Shown: positions 16,589 to 25,423 of the stretch, in pieces
How positions within the stretch are numbered: the stretch's first letter is position 1
Layout: every line of letters starts with the position of its first letter
Origin: a virus
Lineage: Duplodnaviria; Caudoviricetes
Direction: 5' to 3' (one strand)
Virus record (IMG/VR): IMGVR_UViG_3300002092_000087
Coordinates: 1-40,996 of that record
Length of the DNA: 40,996 bases
Notes under the pieces: generated by a model
Database searches by the model: none
What the model saw: only the letters and a program-made list of their open reading frames with translations
Told to the model about the DNA's origin: nothing
Program-made: the position numbers and the translations under genes

Positions 16589-16899
16589 TCCTGAAGATTC
16601 TGGCGCATTTCTAAGAAATCATCTTCAGTAAGCAAAACATAATTATTCTCGTTAAGACTCACACCTAGAACAGGCATTCGGCTATCAAGAATCGCTTCGT
16701 TGACAATTTTCTCCAGAACTGCGGCTTTAACAGTAAAGGAGGCTTTGCCCGTCCACTTATGTTCAATAAGAAGGTCGCTACTACGAACATCACCTTTACG
16801 ATTCCAAAAAGCTCCACTGGCAGCTGTTCGCTTACCGTCAATTTTTTTGGCTAGTCGTACCTCGTGCTTCTTAGACTGCTTTTGACCTTCACTCCGCAT
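16540..16899 (-). CDS. Second Holliday junction resolvase-like PD-(D/E)XK nuclease
   Basis: ASGA, KGDV, LIEHK; start at MRSEGQK. Confidence 0.7.
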   Translation of the reverse strand: MRSEGQKQSKKHEVRLAKKIDGKRTAASGAFWNRKGDVRSSDLLIEHKWTGKASFTVKAAVLEKIVNEAILDSRMPVLGVSLNENNYVLLTEDDFLEMRQNLQECTCHIKIPPTQSGGI

Positions 16900-17965
16900 C
16901 GGAGTCATCTGCTACAAACTTAGACCCAGCTTTAATTGAGTCTAGTACGTCGCGTTCTAAGGTTTCTTTCAGGTCTAGCTCTTCCCGTATGGAACCTAGC
17001 ATAGCATCTGCGCCCATCCACTGGCGAGTCTCACCGTTGATGTCGTACCGATAGTAAGCACCTGCTCTAGTGATGACTTTATTAATAATTCCCATAGCCA
17101 CTACTTCTTTAGCAAAGTCATAATTACCACGGTCTACAGGCCCTCCAGGGGCAAAATAAAAGTCTACAAAAGCAGTCTGTGATGGTGGGGCTGACTTGTT
17201 CTTGAGGGTGCGAATCTTGATGGTCTGCCCTACGCGGTGCTTTTCTTGCCCTGTTCCCGCATCAATCCAATCATCGCGCTTAATCTCAATACGAGTAAAG
17301 AAAGCATAATCTTTACCTTTTCCGCCAGGAGTAGTGCGTGGGTCACCGTACATAACTCCAACTTTGTCACGCCATTGATTAATCATGATTCCAATGAATG
17401 GGCGTTCGTAGTCAATAAGGGAACGCTTAGACGCAATCCCTACTTTACGAAAGAACTTGTTAGTCAGCATGGCACCTCTGCCTACTGTGAACTCTTCCAT
17501 CTGCTTTTCATCTTCTGCACTAGGAACAAGGGCAGGAAGGGAGTCAATAACAACGCAATCAACAGCTTTGCTTTCCACGAGCTCAATAACCGCTTCATAT
17601 GCTTCCTCCATAATATTTGTTGATACAACGTAAAGGCGCGATAAATCAACACCGCACATCTCTGCATACTCTGGTACCCACTGCTCAGCTGCGACCCATA
17701 CTGTTGTGAACTCTGGGTTACGCGCTTGATTAGCGGCAATAGTTTTAAGCGCAATTGCAGTCTTACCGTTAGACGCTTCACCAACGATTTCATGCCATTG
17801 GTTAACAGGCCAACCACCGCCCAGTGCTACGTCAAATGCAATAGAACCTGTGGTGATACGAGACATAACATCATCTCTAATATCTTCACCAAGCACAATT
17901 GTATCTGCGCCAAGCTTCTTGTTAATTTTGTTAATAATTTTTACTAGCTCTGGGTTAATTGCCAT
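16889..17965 (-). CDS. recA: RecA-like recombinase
   Basis: TTGSIAFDVALGGG, Walker A GEASNGKT, VIDS, INQWR, TTPGG. Confidence 0.95.
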   Translation of the reverse strand: MAINPELVKIINKINKKLGADTIVLGEDIRDDVMSRITTGSIAFDVALGGGWPVNQWHEIVGEASNGKTAIALKTIAANQARNPEFTTVWVAAEQWVPEYAEMCGVDLSRLYVVSTNIMEEAYEAVIELVESKAVDCVVIDSLPALVPSAEDEKQMEEFTVGRGAMLTNKFFRKVGIASKRSLIDYERPFIGIMINQWRDKVGVMYGDPRTTPGGKGKDYAFFTRIEIKRDDWIDAGTGQEKHRVGQTIKIRTLKNKSAPPSQTAFVDFYFAPGGPVDRGNYDFAKEVVAMGIINKVITRAGAYYRYDINGETRQWMGADAMLGSIREELDLKETLERDVLDSIKAGSKFVADDSDAE

Positions 17966-18342
17966 TAAATGTGTCCAATGATTGTCTGTGGATTAAATCC
18001 ACCTGTCGCTACTTGTCGTGATGGTTGAGCAGGTCCTGAAGCCTGTGGGCCTCCGACAATGCCTTTACCAACACCTGAACCTGATTGTTGGATTGGGTAA
18101 CCGCAGTCGTAACAACGCGGTTTATGGTCTCCACCACCTGTGTAGTTTCCGCTACCGCAACCTGGACAACGAGATGGTGTAGTCGCACTTGCTGGCAACT
18201 GATGTTCTCTTACTTCGGGCGGTAGGAACACAGGCTGAGGCTGTGTAGGTGGATATGAAGTAGGCTGTTGAGGCGCTACAGGTCGTGGAGCTGCGGGCTG
18301 TTGTGGAGCTCCTAGTTTATCTGCCCACCAATTATTGCTCAT
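17965..18342 (-). CDS. Pro/Gln-rich protein with Zn ribbon (CPGC...CYDC)
   Basis: SD AAGGAGG; two CxxC pairs. Confidence 0.75.
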   Translation of the reverse strand: MSNNWWADKLGAPQQPAAPRPVAPQQPTSYPPTQPQPVFLPPEVREHQLPASATTPSRCPGCGSGNYTGGGDHKPRCYDCGYPIQQSGSGVGKGIVGGPQASGPAQPSRQVATGGFNPQTIIGHI

Positions 18343-18787
18343 CTTCCTCCTTATATACAGACCCCAAACTTAGTGCATGGGGATGAAGAATATCAAGTTC
18401 TATACCTACTGAAAAAGCTGTTACGAGAGCGGAAAAACCAATTGCTTTGTAAAACTCAGTCATAGCATCAATCTCTTCATCACTTATATTTTCCTCAAAG
18501 TCTTCCGAAAACTCTCTCATTTGAGTTGCAGAGATAACTTTTGCGTTAAGTTCGCTAATAATGTCTATGTAGGGTAGGAGCTCATCAAGAGCAGAAAGCC
18601 GTATATGGCTGTCTTCTACTTCTTTTTCGTTTCCTTCTTGACTCACTGGAGTAAGGCCTAAAAGAATTGCAATTTCATTTGGGTTATCAATATTTAAATC
18701 GTAAAGACTCCATCTCGTAATTGTACTAAAAGGGACTTCTATCTTTGTATGTTCGTGCTTAGAGAAGAAACGGTTAAACCAACTCAC
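18332..18787 (-). CDS. Acidic hypothetical protein
   Basis: GTG start overlapping the polA stop (GTGA); SD GGAGAGG. Confidence 0.7.
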   Translation of the reverse strand: MSWFNRFFSKHEHTKIEVPFSTITRWSLYDLNIDNPNEIAILLGLTPVSQEGNEKEVEDSHIRLSALDELLPYIDIISELNAKVISATQMREFSEDFEENISDEEIDAMTEFYKAIGFSALVTAFSVGIELDILHPHALSLGSVYKEEDEQ

Positions 18788-20760
18788 TTTGCCTCTCCCC
18801 ATCTCTGCACAGTTTTTACATCTGCAATCAGCGGGACATCCAACAACTGAATGCCTTCCATCGCGCTACGAATAGCTTCTGCAGTCTCTTCAACCTTATT
18901 ATCGGGAGTGAGGGTCACAAGTTCGTCGTGTACGGTCAGGAGTAGTCTAGCCTCCTTAGGAATCATATCCTGTGCACGAATCATGGCGAGTTTAATAATA
19001 TCTGCAGCTGAGCCTTGGATACGAGTATTAAATGCTTGGCGTTCCGCACTAGACTTGATACTGAAATTAGATGAGTTGATGTCTGGAAGGTATCTACGTC
19101 GACCAAGCAAGGTGGACACATAACCACGCTTACGTGTGCTATTAACAACCATGATGCGGTACTTATTAACCGCGTTAAATTTCTTAGAGAAGTCGTTAAG
19201 AAGCGTTTTTGCCTCAATAACGCTACATCCGATTGAAGCAGCAATTTTATCTGGACCCACACCGTATGCCATAGCAAGCACAAGTACTTTACCTGCCTTA
19301 CGGTTAACTCCCATGGTGTCACCTACAGTTGTATAGATATCTCCACCGTCTAAGTAATTCCTCATCATAATCGGGTCTTTAGCCATTGATGCAATTACTC
19401 TTGGCTCAATCTGTGAGTAGTCGGCAACTACAAGCTTATATCCCTCAGGAGCGTAGAAAAGGTTACGAATAGCTTTTCCGTGTGCGGTGTGAGGTGCTGG
19501 AACATTCTGAAGGTTAGGGTTACGACTAGAAAAACGACCAGTCTCAGCACCGTGCTGTACAAAGTCCCCGTGAATCTTGCCGTTAATCAAAAGGCTTTCC
19601 TTATGCTCAACCTTAATTTTTCCTGCGGTTGTGCGGGTAACATCTCCACCTAAATAAGGGATAACATAAGTAGTAAGAAGCTTGTTTAAGTCTGCGTACT
19701 CAAGCATTGCCTTAACTAGATGGTTGGTCTCACGATACGGCTCAAGAGCGTCTGCAGCAACTGAGTAATCAGATAACTCTAAAGGTTCTCCAGCCATATC
19801 TTTTGACTTTCCTTTAGGCGTTAAAATCTTAGGCTTAAGTCCTTGACCACCGTTCTCCTTCTTACCGTATAGGAGTTCTTGTTTCTCAGGGTTAGAGTTG
19901 ATGTTAAACACCTTGCCCGCAATACGGTAGATGTCAGAACGCGCTTTTTCAATATCAATTTCCAACTGTGCATGTAGTACTTCTAGCTGGCTGGTATCTA
20001 TAGGGGCTCCAGCTAACTTCATATGGCAAAGCACCTTAAGAACACCCATCTCAAGGTTCATCACATTAGTGAGCTGGCCTTCTTCTAATTTTTTCTGTAA
20101 GACACTCTTATAAAGCATATATGTGTACTTGGCATCTAAATAAGCGTATTTAGCAACATCCTGGAAAGAATACTTTTCTACCTCTTTACCAATGCCTTTA
20201 ACCATGTGATACCCAAACTCACGGGCTAAACAATCATCTAAACCGCATTTATTCTTATTACGGTTATCGTAAAGAAAAGACGCAATCATCGTGTCAAAAT
20301 ACGGGCCTTTAGGGATTTCTCCTCCGTAGTACTTAGCAATAGAAGTTAAATCAAAAACTAAATTGTGACCAACAAGAACACGGCTATCGCCAAACATTAA
20401 AGGCTTAAGAGCAGCAAATACTTCTGCTGGCAATAGCTGTACTGGTGGCGGACCAAAGCTAACTGTCGCTTTCTTCTTATCACGTGAATAATCAGACTCG
20501 CGTGCAGTAAGCCCAGCATCTACGCGCTTTTGACCTTGACCTGTCAAAGGAAATTCCTCTGAAATAAAATCGCCGTTTGGGTGACCCAAAGGAATAACAT
20601 CGCCACGTCCATGAGTAGCAAGAGAAATCCACAATACCTCGTTAACAACTGTAATACCGCGCTGTGGGCCAACTGTTTCTAAATCGTAAGCAAACGAGTC
20701 TTGAGCTAAATAATACGCAACCATCTCATTGAGTTGCTCAATGGTCGTAATAATATTCAT
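18784..20760 (-). CDS. polA: Family A DNA polymerase with 3'-5' exonuclease
   Basis: DLET, HNLVFD, YAYLD (exo); TGRFSS, DYSQIE, R..GK....AYG, VHDE. Confidence 0.95.
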   Translation of the reverse strand: MNIITTIEQLNEMVAYYLAQDSFAYDLETVGPQRGITVVNEVLWISLATHGRGDVIPLGHPNGDFISEEFPLTGQGQKRVDAGLTARESDYSRDKKKATVSFGPPPVQLLPAEVFAALKPLMFGDSRVLVGHNLVFDLTSIAKYYGGEIPKGPYFDTMIASFLYDNRNKNKCGLDDCLAREFGYHMVKGIGKEVEKYSFQDVAKYAYLDAKYTYMLYKSVLQKKLEEGQLTNVMNLEMGVLKVLCHMKLAGAPIDTSQLEVLHAQLEIDIEKARSDIYRIAGKVFNINSNPEKQELLYGKKENGGQGLKPKILTPKGKSKDMAGEPLELSDYSVAADALEPYRETNHLVKAMLEYADLNKLLTTYVIPYLGGDVTRTTAGKIKVEHKESLLINGKIHGDFVQHGAETGRFSSRNPNLQNVPAPHTAHGKAIRNLFYAPEGYKLVVADYSQIEPRVIASMAKDPIMMRNYLDGGDIYTTVGDTMGVNRKAGKVLVLAMAYGVGPDKIAASIGCSVIEAKTLLNDFSKKFNAVNKYRIMVVNSTRKRGYVSTLLGRRRYLPDINSSNFSIKSSAERQAFNTRIQGSAADIIKLAMIRAQDMIPKEARLLLTVHDELVTLTPDNKVEETAEAIRSAMEGIQLLDVPLIADVKTVQRWGEAK

Positions 20761-20772
20761 ATGATTCCCCTT

Positions 20773-20814
20773 AAAAGCAGAAGGGCTAGGCCAAGGGGGT
20801 CAACCTAGCCCTTC
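20773..20814 (-). terminator. Stem-loop between the SSB-like gene and polA (terminator, attenuator or translational operator)
   Basis: 11-bp stem GAAGGGCTAGG/CCTAGCCCTTC, 13-nt loop, followed by TGCTTTT. Confidence 0.6.
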
Positions 20815-20825
20815 CACACCTGATG

Positions 20826-21485
20826 TTAGATTAAAGCGTTTGCGATTTCAGTAAGCTCGTCAACTGAAAGTCGACGAAGTGATGATGAATCAAATGCTTT
20901 CATCTCTGCAATAGCAGCTTCAACCTTAGGCTCTTCAATGCCAAAATCTTCACCAAGGTCACGACCCTTAACTGGATTAAGAGTGTAAACAGTGTGCTGC
21001 ATTTGACCACGACGTGCTACAGCCCAATAGTTTTTAGACAGTGGACCTGCAGGTGAGTGGTGCGCTGCATGAAGTGACTTAAAGAATAGGGGAGAGGCAA
21101 CAAGCTTTGTAAGTGTTGTCTCTGTAGGTGTTAGGACAGCGATAGAGAACGCGTACTTTTTCTCTGGCTTATGCAGAAGCTTCACGCACAAAGGACAACC
21201 ACTGCCAAGACAGACGTATGAACGCTGTCCTTCGGTCTTCTGTGTGAGGAAGTGTTGGCTATAAATAGCGTATGGGCCATCTGGGTCCAAGAACTTAATG
21301 ACTTGGATTGTTTCAGAAAGCTTAAAGTCTTTTGCGTATTCCTTTGGCTTTACAGCTTCTTCTGCTGCATCCCAACCAGACTTGATTGCATCTGTGCCGT
21401 TTTCGGGACGACCATCAACTTCTGCGTTTTCCATTGAAAACTCATCTACTGCTGGTACGAACTCATCTGTTGTTTGAACTGACAT
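20826..21485 (-). CDS. Putative single-stranded DNA-binding protein (gp32-like)
   Basis: IKFLD, H..C..CPLC metal motif, position next to polA; strong SD AAGGAG. Confidence 0.6.
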   Translation of the reverse strand: MSVQTTDEFVPAVDEFSMENAEVDGRPENGTDAIKSGWDAAEEAVKPKEYAKDFKLSETIQVIKFLDPDGPYAIYSQHFLTQKTEGQRSYVCLGSGCPLCVKLLHKPEKKYAFSIAVLTPTETTLTKLVASPLFFKSLHAAHHSPAGPLSKNYWAVARRGQMQHTVYTLNPVKGRDLGEDFGIEEPKVEAAIAEMKAFDSSSLRRLSVDELTEIANALI

Positions 21486-21516
21486 TTGTACTGCTCCTTT
21501 TAATTTGTTTGAACTG

Positions 21517-22005
21517 CTAGTTTTGACCTGCGTTATTTTGTGTTTCTATAGCAAGGATTTGACTCCAAGCCTCGGCTATCTCAATACTGAGATTACGGTG
21601 TGCAGACCAGTCTATACGCTTGACATTTAAAAGTCCAGCTTTAGTAAACAGGTCTACCGCCGTTTCAATCATAGCTCTGCTATAAAGGCGTCTTCCTTTA
21701 TGGTCTTCGCCATGTACGTTTTTCTTAGTGGGTAGTCGGTAAGGCGCTTTAGGAAGGTAGCCTTTTTCGTTCCAAACCCTTATTGAAACAAATGGTCTTC
21801 CTAGAGCTTGAGCTAGCGCACCTACAGTGAAAAGCTCCACGTCCCTTCCGTTAGGGAGTGTCTTTACCTGAGGCTTTGCATCCCATCCCTGTGTCTGCAC
21901 GTGTTCAACAGTTTTTGGGGTAGCACTCTCGCGTCGCTTTCTTTTGCTTCCTGGATAAAAGACGTCCAAGTCTGCAAAAGCGTTTTCAATGTAATCGTCT
22001 GTCAT
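21517..22005 (-). CDS. MerR-like HTH DNA-binding protein
   Basis: FTVGALAQALGR...IRVWNEKGYLP...RRLYS. Confidence 0.75.
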   Translation of the reverse strand: MTDDYIENAFADLDVFYPGSKRKRRESATPKTVEHVQTQGWDAKPQVKTLPNGRDVELFTVGALAQALGRPFVSIRVWNEKGYLPKAPYRLPTKKNVHGEDHKGRRLYSRAMIETAVDLFTKAGLLNVKRIDWSAHRNLSIEIAEAWSQILAIETQNNAGQN

Positions 22006-22391
22006 TCTTTTACCAAGAATGCATACGAAACTTTTGTAGGGAACATTAGTTCAATGTCCTCTTCTGTTAATTCTTTTTTGTATAAAGCAGCCATAATAGC
22101 TTCTGAGTCTAAAGTTGGTTTGTCTGGCATACAGGTCTCTTTCAAACCTTTTTCAGTAATGATGCGTTCGGCAACTTCTGCATCAAGTGGGTTTGAGGTC
22201 TTACGTTGTTTGGTAAGGGTAACGCCACCAATTTCAAGAACAACGTGGCCACTACCGTTTATTTCGCCAAGGTCTTCAACAGCATAAATTAAACGTTTCT
22301 TTATCTCTGCTTCGCGTTCTGCCATAAGCTTCATCTCTTGTTTAAGAGAAAGATACTGTTGTACTGCTTTGTTGAGTTCGTTGATTTCCAT
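22002..22391 (-). CDS. Hypothetical protein with N-terminal coiled coil
   Basis: SD AAGGGG; promoter upstream. Confidence 0.75.
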   Translation of the reverse strand: MEINELNKAVQQYLSLKQEMKLMAEREAEIKKRLIYAVEDLGEINGSGHVVLEIGGVTLTKQRKTSNPLDAEVAERIITEKGLKETCMPDKPTLDSEAIMAALYKKELTEEDIELMFPTKVSYAFLVKE

Positions 22392-22414
22392 GTAATCCCC
22401 TTTGTTATAGGGCT

Positions 22415-22443
22415 ACATTATTGACTTAGCTACTTCTTGTCAA
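22415..22443 (-). promoter_or_regulatory. Sigma70/SigA-type promoter
   Basis: TTGACA-17 nt-TAATGT. Confidence 0.75.
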
Positions 22444-22579
22444 CTAGGTATGTTTCAAGCGCATTAATAATCACGCTTGTTACGGTTACGCCCTCTGAAA
22501 GAGCCTTCCTTTGCACAGCTTTCCATAGGTCATCAGGAACGCGAATTGTGCGTGTGGGAGTCTTAGGTGCGTTAGGAAT
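22430..22579 (-). CDS. Ribbon-helix-helix DNA-binding protein (49 aa; probable ATT start)
   Basis: PNAPKTPTRTIRVPDDLWKAVQRKA..EGVTVTSVI..AL..Y; SD GAGGG 7 nt before ATT. Confidence 0.75.
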   Translation of the reverse strand: MPNAPKTPTRTIRVPDDLWKAVQRKALSEGVTVTSVIINALETYLVDKK

Positions 22580-22600
22580 TTCAAGTCCCTCAAATCGTAG

Positions 22601-22613
22601 TAAACTAAGGTGT
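22601..22613 (+). promoter_or_regulatory. Leaderless promoter for the HNH gene
   Basis: TAAACT-aaggtgt-ATG. Confidence 0.45.
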
Positions 22614-23306
22614 ATGGACAATAGTAACATAGAAGATGTTGTGGAGTCTGTAAGACCTCAATGCGGTACTAGAGCTGGGCACATCCAGCACTATAAAAAA
22701 GGCGAAAAATACTGCAATCCATGCGTTATTGCAAATAGAGAATACCAAAAAGCATTCAGAAAAACCAAAACCGTTTCTTTTGAAAATAGAATACCTGCAA
22801 CCGTAAGAAGAACGTGTGGGACTCGTCGTGGGTCAGATTTTCATGCTTATTATGGAGAACTTGCGTGTGAAGTATGTAAAGAAAATTATTCCATAAGGTC
22901 TTATGAGTATTATAAAGAAAACGTAGAAAAAACTCACATACGTAATAGGAAGTGGCGTAAAGAAAACCCTGAAGCGTGGAAAGCATCTCAAGATAAATGG
23001 AGAAAAGAAAATCCAGAAAAAATAGCTAGCAAAAATAGACGACAAAGAGCAGTTAAATTAGGGGTTATAAGTGAGCCCTATACAACAGAACAAATATTAA
23101 ATGTTTATGGCTCTGTTTGCCATATATGTAATGAAGAAATAGACCTTGAGGCACCAAGAAGTGCAAGGGGCGGGGAAAATTGGGAAAAAGGCTTGCAAAT
23201 AGACCATGTAATTCCACTAAGTAAAGGTGGAGTAGATACTATAAAGAACGTAAAACCATCTCATGGTAAATGTAACTTAATAAAAAAAGACGCTCTTACA
23301 CAGTAG
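22614..23306 (+). CDS. HNH endonuclease (free-standing, homing-type) with two N-terminal Zn-finger repeats
   Basis: CHIC...IDHVIPLSKGG...N...H.KCN; repeats CGTRAG..HYKKGEKYCNPC and CGTRRG..HAYYGELACEVC; start placed at ATG 22614. Confidence 0.85.
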   Translation: MDNSNIEDVVESVRPQCGTRAGHIQHYKKGEKYCNPCVIANREYQKAFRKTKTVSFENRIPATVRRTCGTRRGSDFHAYYGELACEVCKENYSIRSYEYYKENVEKTHIRNRKWRKENPEAWKASQDKWRKENPEKIASKNRRQRAVKLGVISEPYTTEQILNVYGSVCHICNEEIDLEAPRSARGGENWEKGLQIDHVIPLSKGGVDTIKNVKPSHGKCNLIKKDALTQ

Positions 23307-24885
23307 CAAGGGTCAAGAACTGCTTGAGGCTTCCTACTGTAAGTGGGACTCCACCCTTATCATCTATACCTTCACCGTCAATAATAGCGTTAGCAACGGA
23401 TGTTTTTTGTTGTAGAGCGTCATATTGGCGTTCTTCTACTGACCCATCAATAATCAGGTCTTGAATAACAATTGTCTTCCATGTGGAAGACGCTCTTACA
23501 ATACGCCCGTTTCGTTGAGTTGCAGAGCCTGAACTCCAAGGTAAATCGTAATTAATAAGGAGATTGGCAGCGGGCAAATCCACGCCGTAACCACCAGCGT
23601 CAGAAGATATAAGGACGCGAATTTCAGGTAGATTGTTAAAGGCAATTTTGTTCTCCTCTTTAGCCTTAGCGTCTAACTTACCTGAGTATAGACGGCACCG
23701 TTCGGTACCTAAAGCATCGGCTATTTTGTCGAGCATGTCTACATAAGTGGCAAAAATTACAACTTTATTTTCCTCATTTTGGTCTAAAAAGTTAGTTACA
23801 TACTCAATAAGGGTGTTAAGTTTTACAGAATTTTCCACGCCGTCTAAGGCGCCATCAATAACCAGCTGATTAGCGTAAGCAGAGCCTTCTCCGCCTGTAT
23901 CTAAATACTTCTTGGCACTAGTACGAAGCAAATCTGGGTGGGAGCAAAGCATCTTAAGGCACCCAATCTTGGACATAATTTTTCCACGCATTTCATCTTC
24001 TGGTCCGCTGCGACGGTTCTCAACCCCGTAATGCGCCAAAATATTAAAAGAACCACCAAACATTGCTTGTGCATCGTTTAAATCTTGCATCAAATCTTTT
24101 TGTATACGACTGTAAAGTTTTGCAGATTTTCTATCAAAAATAACTTTGATTGGGTCTTTGTGAATAGACTCTGGAAGAAACGGCGCAACGTCTGGGTCTT
24201 TTTGCGCTTTACGAACAGAAGCTTCTTTCATTACCTGATGCAGTGTCGGTAGGTTGATGTAACGTTCTACGCCACCCCAATTATTACGCACAATAAATGT
24301 ACGGTCAAAATTCTCAAAAGAACCAAGAACCTCATTGTCGACAAACTGCATGATGCTGTACAACTCTTCTGGCTTACCGTTTTCAATAGGTGTACCCGTA
24401 AGAGCAAACTTATATGGGGCGTTATTAAGTTTTTTTACCTGCTTAGAACGCTTAGAACGAAACGACTTGATAGCCGTTGCTTCGTCAAGTACTACGAATC
24501 CTCGTGGGAGTTTTTTGACTTTATCCCAGTCGTTAACAACTTGCTCATAGTTAAGGATGATGTAATCAACCTTTGAAGTGCGCCAGTCGTAGGCTTGTTC
24601 GTATTGCGCTGCCCTTTTTGCTGGCGTTCCGTCAATGACCAAAGCGTGCGAAGTATCATCTGTAAACTTTCTAATTTGATTTGCCCACTGATATTTAAGT
24701 GAAGACAAACAGATTATCAAACCTGGCTCTTTAATTTCGAGTGAATCCATGAGACGTTCAACGGCTGCAATAGTCAAAACAGTTTTGCCTAGACCCAAGT
24801 CGTAGGCGACCAGCATCTTCTGTCGTTCGCACATGCGGTCAACAGCCTCTGGTTGATACGGAAGAAGTGTTCCCGTGAAAGTCAT
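23296..24885 (-). CDS. SNF2-family (SF2) helicase
   Basis: LLPYQ, GLGKT, LDEAT, LTGTP, GVDL, QRNGR. Confidence 0.9.
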   Translation of the reverse strand: MTFTGTLLPYQPEAVDRMCERQKMLVAYDLGLGKTVLTIAAVERLMDSLEIKEPGLIICLSSLKYQWANQIRKFTDDTSHALVIDGTPAKRAAQYEQAYDWRTSKVDYIILNYEQVVNDWDKVKKLPRGFVVLDEATAIKSFRSKRSKQVKKLNNAPYKFALTGTPIENGKPEELYSIMQFVDNEVLGSFENFDRTFIVRNNWGGVERYINLPTLHQVMKEASVRKAQKDPDVAPFLPESIHKDPIKVIFDRKSAKLYSRIQKDLMQDLNDAQAMFGGSFNILAHYGVENRRSGPEDEMRGKIMSKIGCLKMLCSHPDLLRTSAKKYLDTGGEGSAYANQLVIDGALDGVENSVKLNTLIEYVTNFLDQNEENKVVIFATYVDMLDKIADALGTERCRLYSGKLDAKAKEENKIAFNNLPEIRVLISSDAGGYGVDLPAANLLINYDLPWSSGSATQRNGRIVRASSTWKTIVIQDLIIDGSVEERQYDALQQKTSVANAIIDGEGIDDKGGVPLTVGSLKQFLTLATV

Positions 24886-24900
24886 AGAGCTACCCTAGCA
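24886..24900 (-). promoter_or_regulatory. Leaderless extended -10 promoter for the helicase
   Basis: TGC-TAGGGT-agctct-ATG. Confidence 0.5.
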
Positions 24901-25423
24901 GGCTCTTAATCTGACTAATGAGGTTTTGCATATCACTATTGTTGTTGATAACGACATCCCAGTCCCATAAGTCCATATCTGTCTCTGATATATGGTCATT
25001 AACTGGTCCAACTCCAGGGCGATTAATGCGCCAAATTTGTGCTCCAGGAAACCCTTTAATAAACTCAGCTTCATTTTGAAAACGAACATCCGTAATCACA
25101 ATGTTATCTGTTGGTTTGTATTGACCTAAAGCTTGCTTAACCCAAAAGTCTTCCCCAAATAAAGCCCTTGCTCCAACGCCCAAATCCTGTAAAAGACGTC
25201 GAACTTCTGGGGCAGTTGTTTTTGCATTCTCCCAACCTTGGGAATCAACTAAATCTTGAAGCCTAAATACTGGGTTACCGTCGTTAATAAATGGGTCCAT
25301 CTCGTATAAAAGTTTGCGGATGTTACTTGCAAACGCAACGTTTTCATACCCGTGCAGACCAATCAACATCCCAGCAACAGTGTCTTTTCCGCTACGGCTG
25401 TAACCGCTAAGCCCAATAATCAT
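24890..25423 (-). CDS. Deoxynucleoside monophosphate kinase
   Basis: IIGLSGYSRSGKDT, RRLLQ.LG, ITDVRFQNE, HISE. Confidence 0.9.
   Translation of the reverse strand: MIIGLSGYSRSGKDTVAGMLIGLHGYENVAFASNIRKLLYEMDPFINDGNPVFRLQDLVDSQGWENAKTTAPEVRRLLQDLGVGARALFGEDFWVKQALGQYKPTDNIVITDVRFQNEAEFIKGFPGAQIWRINRPGVGPVNDHISETDMDLWDWDVVINNNSDMQNLISQIKSLLG

Noticed and set aside
22437-22613. 59-aa N-terminal extension of the HNH ORF
   Set aside because: Antisense of the RHH gene; ATG 22614 has its own -10 box
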